The notes under the pieces are model-generated. The model saw only the letters and a program-made list of their open reading frames with translations, was not told where the DNA came from and searched no databases. The translations under genes were made by a program, and so were the position numbers. Of a stretch of DNA of 64,000 nucleotides, positions 42,001-54,000 are shown one piece after another. The stretch's first letter is position 1. Every line of letters starts with the position of its first letter. This stretch comes from Candidatus Omnitrophota bacterium. Its GTDB lineage: Bacteria > Omnitrophota > Gorgyraeia > Pluralincolimonadales > Pluralincolimonadaceae. The stretch covers positions 5,659 through 69,658 of the forward strand of contig JAZDOX010000038.1 in NCBI GenBank assembly GCA_043798215.1, given 5' to 3'.

Positions 42001-45000
42001 GCCGAGAGCGTCTATGATGTATGCGGTAAAAGACGTGGTTCTGCTATCGAGCATCGCGCATTCATTCCCAAGATCAACCGAACCTATTATCTCCCTGGCA
42101 ACGCGTCCTTTCTCCGCGCCGGCAATATAATAAATCTTGACCGTACTTTCGCCTGTAGATGGATTCGCGACCATCTCATAAAGAAGCGTGTTTCCGCAAT
42201 AAAAAGCCCCTCCGAATTTCTCCTGTTGAGGGTAGGGCATAACTGCAGGTGGCACATTTACTATAGAAAAGGGGTCGCCATAAATAACAGCTTCAGAAAC
42301 CACCGTGTCTTCGAAAATATAATGATATTGATGAATATTTCCGTTATCCGCTTCCGTCATCGAATATAGATTGCCCCATTCGTCATATTTAGAGATTGTC
42401 TGTTTACCGGTATCTTTATTCTTTTCTCGGATCTCGGATAGGTATCCATATGTCGCGTCATAAACGTAAAGATACTCAAAAAGTTCCTTCGTTGCCGTTA
42501 AACGGCCGTGTTCGTCTATCTCGCCCTGAACTATCTTTATTACCCTATTTTTATCAATACCCTCCGTGGCGTAAATTTGTATTTTATTGTCTTCGCTGTT
42601 GGAGGCATATAATAAATTATTATTTACGTCATAGTGGTAATAGGAAATTCTGCCGTCTTGCTTGGTAAAGGTAAGCTCGTAAATTCCGGTATCCGGCGAG
42701 AAGCTCTCGATTACAACGCCGTTTTGAGCGTTAAAGGCCTCTAAATCGGCCTGTGTCCTGCCGGCGGCAAGCTTAACAAGTATGCGGCCTCTGGAAACAT
42801 CCTCCGGTTGGGCGGAATCTATATTCGCGCCTGCTATAAGATTATTATTGTCCAGATATTTATGATACATAGTCTCAAGAGCGGGTGATTCGATAATCTT
42901 TTCGACTAGAGATTCTGTTTGATAGCTAACCTCGCCTTTAGCGTTCACATAAGCAATTGTGCGCGCCATATCGGAATAGACTGTCTTCTGTATCTTGCCA
43001 TAGGGATCTTTTACTATTACCGCTTCTATATTGCCTTCGCTGTCGGTCTCGTAGGTATACTCGGTTACCGCATCTGGATAAACCCTGCTTGCCTCAAAAA
43101 TTATTCTCTCAATTTCCTCGCCTTGGCAGTAAAACTTGGCGTAATATTCGATCGTGTTTTCTTTTATCGCTTTTTTAGATACGGCAAAACCGCGGTAATC
43201 CGCGCAATCGTATTCATATTCAATTTGATTTATAAGCTTATCTCCGCAATATTGCGAAAATAAGACGTCTCTTTGTTGATCATCGTACTCATAGACCTTG
43301 GTATAGTCGCATCCCGTCTCTGTCTTCTTCTCAAGCTTCTTACTGGTCTCGTTAAATTGATAGGTAAATTGGATCTTGTTTTCCGTGTGCATCTTGTCGG
43401 TCATACCTATTAAAAAGCCGTCTTTGTTGTATTCCATAAATTTGTCGGGATATTCAACGGTTGTAATTGCGCCCAGCAAAGGATCGTCCCTATAGGTAAA
43501 GAAATACCTGACTCCGAGAGAATCCGTAACAACCGATATCCTTCCAAACTCATCATAGCCGAAAGCGATATCTCCGGAAGGAAGAACAACTCTCTTTATG
43601 TCAGCGGACTTGGCGCTGTAATCTATGATTGCGCCATCCTGGCAAACCTGTTTAACTATTGTCCCATCAGGAACAATATAGACAACACTGCCAGAAGTAA
43701 ATGGCGAGTTGTATTCCGGAACGTCAAATCGCCATGCGGCGCTCGAAGAGGCGGACTCTAAATCAAGTTTTATGATATCGCCTTTCTTCGCCGTTATTAT
43801 CTGATTATTATTTGCTGTTGTTATGGTAATAGTCTTTGCCTCATAATCTTCTTCGGCATCTTCTACGTTTATCTGCGTCGTAAATGAGGCAGTCTTTATC
43901 CCGCTCGTCTCTTCTATAAGATCAAGCATTATCTGGCCTTTATTCTCGGCTTTAAGGATAAAATTGCTTACAGCCGAGGGAGTTGTAACACAACTCGAGG
44001 ACTCGACCCTAACCGGCGCTTCGTTATAAAAGTTCCATTTGTATTTTCTGAGGTTTTCAGCTTTATCGAGCAATTTATCAAGCAGCTTTACCTTAAGGAT
44101 ATCGCCTCTATGCAACTGGATTACTTTGCCGTTATCGGCATCGGTTACCGTTACTGTCGTCGGCGCGGCGGCTTCTTTCAAAACAACCACGCTTACAGCG
44201 AATATGTCCTTAACCGGCAGATAGGCGGTGTCATCTGTTGAGTAGTTCAAGTCAATATTCGAAGTGCCCCAGTTATTGGCCTTAAAAATCCATTCCATCA
44301 TATTCTCATCCGGAAATGACTGGGCGCCCTGAGGAGTTAATATACTGTAATCCACTCCCGGAAAAGCGCTTGGTGAATACAAAGTTATTTTGGCGGGAGC
44401 ATTAGCGTCATAGTCGGTTAATCGGTAATATTCGGTTATATCCTCCTCATTTATACTCCTCTGCCAAACACAATTCTTGGTTACATTCACGATAAAGAAA
44501 TCACGGCCATTGAGAACGCAGTTTGTCGCGTCATCAACTCCAGCATAAGATATCCATTGCGCGCCGTTCCATTTCGATATCGAAGTAGCTGTGCCGTTTC
44601 CATTCTGCTTATTTATCTCATCTATGATTATTTTGGCTGTGGAAATTGTATTTACCGGCAAAGTGACATAGTTGCCGCCGGTTGTCAAACTTATGTCCGC
44701 AGCAAGCAAGGCGCTTGTTGCGAGGGCGTCTTTCGAGATGGAAAGGCACAGGGAACTTGCCCTGTCAGTTGTTATCGTCAGCTTCTCGCCGGCTGTTATG
44801 CTATAGCTGCCTGCAAGACTAGTTCCGGAAGCATTACCGACACTTAAAATTTTCCCGCCCTGGTCAGCGGCCAAATCAATTAACTGTTGAACGGTCAATC
44901 CTGAAATAACGGGCGGCATTACTGTCTTGCTTATCCCTTCGGATAAATCGAGCACGGCGAAAGCCCCGTAGCCTTCATATGTCTTTAACTCGCCCATGCC

Positions 45001-48000
45001 ATCCGAATAAAGTATTACCCTGCCTGTAGCGTCATAGAGCTCCTCGCTTCCATTCTCGAACTCAATGGCTCTTAAGGTATCCGAGGCGTCGAAATGGCGT
45101 TCGTAGGAGAGCATCTTTGAGCCGTCGGTATTGGTAAGTTCATCCGAAAGCGCCATTCCAAACCTCAATGCCTTAAGGCGTTCGTATCTATCTACTATCG
45201 CGTAAGGCGAGTTATTATCAAAGAGAATCTTCCCTTGTATGTTGTCATTTGTCTCAATCAGAAAACCATTCGAATCGAATTCATAACTGGTCTTTATCTT
45301 CGGGAAGAGATCGATATTGGGATTTATATAGTATAATCCACCGCTGCAGTTATAAAAGAAATCCCTGTTGAGCGCGCTTAGAATTATCCGATAGCCATCC
45401 ACGGGAATATCAGAGGTCTTGTTCGTATAACCTTCCAGCGAATTATCGTCAAAATACACTCTCTGTATGCCGTTTGAAGCCAAAATAATATCTTCGTTTC
45501 TGCACCCGAGGCGCGTCTTAAGGTCGTTCTTGGCGTTATTAAACAAACTAAACGTAGCTTGTATAAGAACCGAGTCTTTTACGTAAACACCCGTTGTGTC
45601 AGTGTGATACTCCACTATTCCATACGAAGGATATGTCATCTTTATGATATAGCCTGTAACAGCCGCATCTCCGGGCGCAATATCTCTGTATCCATCGAGA
45701 GTTGCGTCTGTAAACCGCGTTTTAACGCAGGATAGTATTTCGATATCGGCTATAGCCGCGCCTGTCAGGGTAATAAAATTTTGACGCGCCTGCCGCGCTA
45801 TAAGATAACCATCTTTATCGGTTTGATTAAGAGTAAGTTGGTGGGTCATTGTATCCGTAAGATAGCGAAAGACCATATGATCCGCTTTCAAATCTACAAT
45901 AATGCCGTTGTTATCTTTATCTACTCCGGCAAGCTGGATATCGTTGGCGGTTATGGCAGTTGCGTAAACAGTTGCGAATGTCGAGATTAATTTTGTTCGC
46001 GCATCGGCAATTGAGGTTAAGTTGATCTCTGGGTCAAGAAAATAACTGGCTGCGTTGCTGTGATAGGTATAGGTCGCGCCGTTTACCGAAAACTCAATAA
46101 CATAGCCATTTGTAGGAGAAGGTGCAGTGCTCCCGCCTGCGTTATAACCATCAAGAGTGGCGTTGCCGAAGGTCTTGGCCAATAGCGAACTTGAGTATAG
46201 CTTAATATCGCTTTCGGCGGAACATTTTACGATACCAAATAAGCTTGTTCTGGCGCTTTTTATTAGACTATACGCGGAAGAAAAGACAGGATTCATTTTT
46301 ACTATAGTGATATCGGCTTGTGTTTGCGAGTCTTTTTGCGGGAAGATATGATATTCACATTCTATGCCGCCAGACTCAAGCATAACTTTATAGCCTTTAT
46401 AAGAGGCGGCCACAACAGGACTCGCGAGATATCCGCCAAGAGTGCCGTCTTCAAACAGAACCTCGGTTATGTTTTTGACTGTTATATTTGTAGCTCCCAA
46501 GCCCGTCCATTCATTGCGGGCAGTCTGGATATAGGCCAGGGTTTGCTTCATCTCGGGATCGAGGTCAAAAACGCCTGTTTTAGCGTTGGTATGGTACTCA
46601 TATGAGGTTTCACCGTAAGCAAGCACAATATCCAAACCCACCGTTATGGTATTCTGGGTTTTTGTGCGGTAGCCTCCAAGCGAATCATCCGCCCAGAACT
46701 CATAATCGGCTCTTATAAGTTGTATCTTATCGGTTGTTATATTAAGGCGGGCAGCCAAATCCGCCCTTAAGGCGTTTACAACGTTTTTGGTGTCATATTT
46801 CATCTCGAGGGTTGTGGATATGAGATTATTAAGGGCGTCTCTTTCTTCGGTCTTTGTTATCGTCTCGTTGGTTATGGCGGTGGGAATAGTTACGGAGCCG
46901 CCGTTTAGGTTGACTTGCCTTCCACCTTGATCGGTTATGCTTAAAAGCTTTCCGGTCTGGTTATCGAATTTATAGAGTACTCCGTTTGAGACTAATTCGA
47001 CGGTCGTTATCACCTCACAACCCTTTGACTGGTCGTAGACTTTAGTATAAGTTATCCTCTCAGTCTTTCCGTCGGAGTAGAACTTGCCTGTCAGAAGGCC
47101 GTCTCTTAAACTCATAGTAACGCCACGATCATCCTGGATGATTTTATCCCTTCCATTCTGCGATTCGATTCCCGAGACTATCGCTGATGGCTTATAGAAA
47201 GTGGTTGTCTCTTTTCTAACTATCTCGCCCTCGCTTACAAGCTCACTCTTTGTCTCTATAATACCGCCATCATCGCTAATAGCGTATTCAAGCCAGCCTA
47301 TAACATCGCCGCTACTATTGTAATTTACTTTCCTTACGCTTAGTGGATCCGCCTCGGCTGCCTTCCACTCGCTGTCCACCTTAACAGCAACGCGTTTGTT
47401 CGTCATAATATCGCCGTGAGCCTGTATCGTTGAGATTGCCGGATCCGAAGGATATATCACAAAACCGTCATCTTCGGCTATTCTTACATTATCAACATAA
47501 ATCTGGCCGCTTGCCGTAGCTCCGTTAACAACAAGGGCAATCCCTCGCACATCGTCTAAGTCGGCTACCGGTATCGAGAAGCTGTCCGTCGTGCCGGCTT
47601 TTCTCCATCCAGGAGAACTGACGTCAAAGACTATTGTGTTGGCGCCGGAATTTAAAACCTGGGCCTCGCATTCATACCATACTTGGCCCTCTCCGGTTGA
47701 AAGGGCGACATTTACCGTCTTTTGCGCGCCGGGATTGTATATGTCGAACTTGAACCTTGCCATATTGACAGCGCCTTCTTCGGGAAGGGATTCCGTTGTT
47801 ACAGACCACATCTCTTCTATGCCTTCAAGCTTGAAGACAGCTTTATCGTATCCGCCCACAAAAGTAAGCTCTAAAGAATTTAACCCTTCGGTAACATAAC
47901 TTGTGGAAATGTCTATCTCTCTGGCGCCGGTTGTGGTATCGGCCGCCCAACTGGACTCTAAGCTATGAATAGGGCTCTCGCAATCATCGAATAAGACATC

Positions 48001-51000
48001 TCTCATACCTTCGTAGCCTAAGTTCCAGAAGCAGGAACCGTTTACCCCTGTATTCTGCATCTCGGCATAGTATTCCTGGAACCTGGTTACTCTGTCCAGC
48101 TCGTCGTACTGGGGATAACGGTATTGCTTTATCTCGCCGAAGCCGCCCCAGTATATGTATCCCACGGTATGAATTCCGTATTCCTCCATAATGACGGGCT
48201 TTCCTATCTTGTTATGGGCGTCCTCCAAATGCTGCCTTATCCATTTTAAATGCCTTTCAGAGTCATCTTCGGTGGGGAATGAGTTAAACTCCGACTTGTC
48301 TATATATGTCCTGAAAGTGCAAAAGTCTATGCTGGGGCAGCCATCTCTCCATTCGCTCATAACAGGGCTATTGGCGCCTTCCTGCCAGCTTACAAGGGTA
48401 TCGGTAGATTTGTTGTCGCTTATGAAGTCTATTCCGCTGGAGCCGTTTGTGACACCGTAAATCCAGTGGTTGTAGGGAAAATCCTGCCATTCGAACTCTT
48501 CGGCTTCCTCTATGGGCATAATGTAGTTACCTTCCTCGCCACATCCTATCATATGGTTGGGGTCTATGGCATCTACGTAATTGGACATCTCCACTATCCA
48601 GTTATGGACCCAGCCGCCTGAGACATCGCTCTTGCAGCGGGGTTCGTTGAAGACCTCCCATGCAAGTATCGTGGGGTCGTCTTTATATCTTATGCCGGTT
48701 ATGGAGTTTGTCCTATTTAACAGGTAGGTCACGTAATCCTTATACCACTGCTTGCACCAATCATTGACGTAGAACTGGTCGTGGAAGGGGTCGTTCTGGC
48801 CTATCGGGTCTACTTCGTTTCCATATTTATCAAAATCGGGCAGGCTCTCGGGATGTTCTTCGTAAGCCCATCTCATATACTGGTACATACCGCCGTAATG
48901 ACCCCAGTTGTCTACCAGTGGGAGTATGAGACGTATGCCTAATTTACCGGCAGTAGCTATCATCCTGTCTAAATGCTGGAAGGCGCTTTCGTTCCAGACG
49001 CCTCTTTCGGGTTGGTAGCTTGAAGGTTCTCCTTCTCCAAATGCCCATGTCCGGACTACAGTGCAGCCCATATTCTTTGCGGAGGTCAAGACGTTCTCTA
49101 TGACATCGTCTGACTTCTCGAAGAGATACTCGGAGTTGGCGCCCGCAAAGAAGAAGCTTTCTCCGTTTAAGACAAAGTTGGTGCCGGAGGCCTCTACTAT
49201 GCCGTAGTTTTCCTGCGTATAGGCAGAGGACAGCTCTTCTCCTCCTATGGCAACGTTATCTATGTATATGGTCCCTTTATAATCGGTGTTCGCCCAGAAC
49301 TGTATGCCTACCTTTATTATGGATTTAAGCTCTTTATCGGTCATAATCCTGGTTCCTTCATAGTCGGCAAGGTCGGCTAAATCGAATTCCAGGGTATTGG
49401 CATTAAGTCCGCCTACTAACTGGCAGTTGCTGTGGAACCATATGTAGTCTTTTGTGACATCATCATAGCTGGCTACCCAGATGGTTGCGGCAAAATCTGC
49501 CGTTCCTGATTCGGGGGAGCTGAACTTAACATCGGCTGTTATCTTCTTATGATCTTTATTGCTTAAGTTTATGGGAGGGGTATACATAATTCCGGTAAAA
49601 CCTTTTTTGTCCTTGTCAAGGCCTGTGTCCACATCGAAGTCGGTATCCATAGCAAGTGAGTTGTCTTTCCAGTAGACAGAGTCGAAGGCATCCGCGCCCC
49701 AACCGCTGTCTGTGTCCCAGCAGGGAATCTCATTTACACAGTTGGAGTTGCTAAAATCGTAAAGATAGCTTTGCGGAACAAATTCTCCGGCGGTGGATTC
49801 ATAGGAGTATTCGTAGGCGAAACCATCTCCTAAGGCCTCTTCTTTTATAAGGCGGTTCTGGATATCGTAGCTTCTCTTCCTTATAACGTAAGAGCCGTCG
49901 CCGCTTAAAGATTTATCCAGACTCGAGAACTTCCAGCTCACATTACCTTCAGGCTTGTTATCGTAGTATTTCCAGATAGATGGATAGGTGCCGGCTTTTG
50001 GATCGTAGGTGGCTGCTCCAACCAAAGCGCCGTTATGGCCATTTCCGGAGAGGTCAAGGGCTGTCTTGGTGGCGTAATCGTGATATAGCACAAGACCGCC
50101 TAAGGCGATAGATCCTTCCTTGCCGGCCTTAATCTCATCACTCTCAAGCGCCCTGTCATAGACCCTGAGAGAAGATACGGAACCGTTTAAATTCCTGGCG
50201 ATCTGTAAATTGGCGCTATTAAGTTTAAGTTTAATACCCGTTTTACCTGGAACAGTACTGCTTAGAGGCGCGTTGTTATTTAAATAAAAAGTTAGATTTG
50301 CAGTAGCGGTATCATAAGTAAAAGCTATGTAATTCCAGCTGCCGGCGGTAATCGCAAAATTATACGCTACGGTAGAATTATCGGCAAATGCCAAGCATAC
50401 GGTTATGGTATTGCTGGCTATCTGCTTCAACCCGTATGAGTTAAAATCGTAATCTCGCGTCAGCAAATAAGTCGAATTATTTAAGCTATTGAATTTAACC
50501 CAGGCCTCAACAGTTACTTCGTTCTCTATGTTCGGACTGGGGACGGAGCAGCTGATATAAGAGTCGTTTCCGGTCAAATTAAGACCTGATTTGGCGCTGC
50601 CAAGATAATCCACGCTCTTTATTTTACCATCAGGATAATATGAAGTTTGCTCAAGGATATTGTTTAAGGAATCCTTTTTAACGGAATCTACGAGGACATT
50701 ATCTACCACATTGTATTCATAGGTAAATTTATTGCCTGCCGCATCCACATAATCCACAAGCCGGCTTCCCCCGCCTATTACGGCAAACTCGCTGAAATGC
50801 CTGCGGCCGATAAAAGTCCACTCTTCGTTATAATCGAACTGCCAATTTTCACCGGTATTCTCGTTGGAGCAAAGAGTCGTTTTATAGATAACCGTCCCTG
50901 TCTGCTGAAGTTTCTTGTCGACAAATTTGTACTTAACCGCGCTTGGATAGGCCGCTATGGCATAATAGCATCCGTCATTTGAATTATAATCGAATTCCGA

Positions 51001-54000
51001 ACTTAGTATGCTTACGTTAAATTTATCGGCGGAAGCAACAATTCCCAGATTTACCATATCATCGCGAATAGCCTGCTTGAAGGCAAAATCATCGCTATTG
51101 TGATAAACGGCATCCGTCTCGGCAAGCCTCATCTCTTTGGCAAGTTCATTATCGTATTTGTCGTACCATAAGTAATACTTACAGGAAGCATCGGAAGCTT
51201 TCTTTATCGTCAGCTTCATCCAGTGATTGACGGCAGCATCTTCAGCGACACTTTCTATGATGGTATTTACCGCATTCTCTTTGAGGCCGCGGAATAAATC
51301 CACCGAAGCCATAAGAGCGTAATCTATATGAGCCGAATTAAAAACGCTACACCCGCTTACGGTAAAAACAACATCTTTGTATTTACCTTGAAAGGTCACT
51401 GTCCCACCCTGCTTTATGTACTCTATCTGACTTGTTTGGCCATCCAAGTCATAATAATATGAAAGGTATTGATGTTTTTCTGCGGGGCCATTATCGAATC
51501 CTAAACCGGTCTCGGCGCCGTAGGTATATTTATCGACGCTCTTTTGTTTGCCATCCAAATAATATTTGTAGTCTGTTATTATCTTCTTGCTGTAGGGTTG
51601 CGGCGCGCCTGTCGGAGAGAGGTATTGTTTCTCGGTTATATTAGATACGTTTCCCGATGCCTCATAAGCGTAAGAGGCTATCCATAACTCTAGATTATTA
51701 CCAGCGGCATCCTTGACGTATTTAGTATACCCACTCAAGCAGCTGCCGCCGGATTTGTATTCGGCTATAAAATAGTAGATATAGGACTCTGATCCGGAGG
51801 CTGTCTTATATATATTAACTATATCTTCATTTTTATACCTGCTGAAGTCATAGTTTGTGGTCACGGTCTTGATCGCCTGATGAGAAGAATTCTTATCTAT
51901 AACAACGCTCAAGTATAAATAACCTACGCCGTAAGAGGCGCTTATCTGCTTATAATTACCGGCTGCGTCAGCAGGAGTATTCCAGCTGCATACCAAAGTA
52001 TCTCCTGTCTCGGTATAATTCAGAGTATATTGCACATTATTATATTTATAGACAGCCGAATAGCCCGCCGAAGAGATGGCCGCCGACACGAAAGCAACGG
52101 AAGCCGGCAGTTCGTCTTCAAGTAAAAGTTCAAAAAAACTTCTGAGATCTTCTTTCCCCTCAAAACATATCGAATCGTCTCCTACGGTCTTATTCTCATA
52201 GAGCCAATAGACTTTATCTACGTCGGTCTTTACTCCAACAACATCTATAGACGCATAATTAGCGATCTTTTTGGAGGGAATCCAGCTGCATCCCGAAGAA
52301 CAGACTATACAATAAGCTTGCATCCAGTCAATTATCGACGTATCGGCCAATGCCGTTCCTAAGGTATTCTTTATCTGCGTGCAGTTTCCTCCCGCGGCAA
52401 CAATCTCGGCCTTGACTTCGGCAACGGTGTAATCACAGCCGTAGACAAAGGTAACAAGGTTATCTCCGGCTATAAGGCTTACAGCTGTCTTCTCCTGGGA
52501 CTTGGCAAGATTGCCTTTGCTTAAATAGCAGAGGCTGGCTTCTCCTATATTCACCACTACATAGGCCTCTCCAGCCTTAAGCTCAGTCACAGCGGGATCT
52601 TTTAGAGAAACATTGACACCCTGGTCATTAAGCTCTTGAATGAATTCGGACGCGGTATAGGTGTGGTTCTCTATCCAGGGCATAATTATGGCGCTTTCGC
52701 CCTGGGCTATGTAGACGCTCCTGTTCCAGTCGACAATTGTTTCGGATTTTTTAACGCCGTCTTCATAATAGTCGCTTATGGTAACCTGACCTAAGTCATT
52801 TACGGACTCTATAACGCGGCCTCCTGAATCGAGGATATTCGGATAAAGGCCGCTTGCCTTTATAGCTTTAAGCTCTCTATCGGTTAAAGGCGTTATCGAT
52901 TTGTCTATAATGTCTTCTGTTCTTACAAGGGCGGCCTTGTCCCACTGATTAATAAATATATCCTTTTTAGCGGATATGGTATTGCCGTTTATGTCTATAT
53001 AAGAAACGGCATCTTTATTTACATCCGTTAAAACTATATAATGGCCGCCTGCCAAATGGCAGATAACAGGCAAAAAGCCCTCTTCTTTACTATAAGCGTA
53101 TATATCCAGAAGATCCTCATAATCAAGGAGGGCGCCGATAAGATGGACATCATATCCTTTTGCAGCTTCCTTAATAGCGTACATAGAAGTCTGGAGTTTA
53201 CCCGATGTCTCGTCGTTTATTACACCGTTTAAGATGTCTATTAAAAGCGTCTCTTCGGCAAGCTTATCTTCTTTTACTCCTGTAAGTAAGCTAATGGCTC
53301 TTGAGGCGCAGTTGATTACATTATCTATCTGGGTATTGAGCCATTCCGATATCTTTAAGAAGGCCTCTTTTGTGAAATTAGAGACAGACTCTACTATGGA
53401 TAGGACGTTTTCTATTATGGATTTTCCTGAAGACTGCGCGGGAGCCGGCTCAATAGAAGCTTTTTCTTCTTGTGTTATTTCAGAAGCCTGGTCGTAAAGG
53501 GCCTCTTTCGAAACCGCGGACGGCTCCTCCGCTTCCGGCTCAACAACAACCGGAATCCCTGTTATAACGGCTTCTTCCGGTTCAACCGCCGCGGGAAGAG
53601 GTTCTTCGGAATCTATAATATTTAAAGGTTCTTGCAAGGACGCCGGCGCGGCAGGGCTTTCCTCGTAGTCGTCGGATAATATCTCCGGCGGCTGTTCTTC
53701 CTGCGCTTGTTTATCAGGGGCTTCGGTAAAGACCGACTCTATCACCTCATCGGATTCTATCGAATGGGGCTTATCCTGTGGTTTCTTGCCGCCTCCAAGC
53801 AGGACCTTTAATGGCGAGGTCAGTATATCCACAGCGCCTGTTACTATATCTTCCGAGAGATTTAGGCCTTTAGGAATTAAGCCAATCATATCTTTGGTCA
53901 AGTTAAAGGAGAATTCCCCTGTCTTGATTAAAGCGTCTGTTCCAATCTCAACTGGCTTGAATATATTAAAACCTTCCTTATCTTCGGAAGGAGCCGCGGA

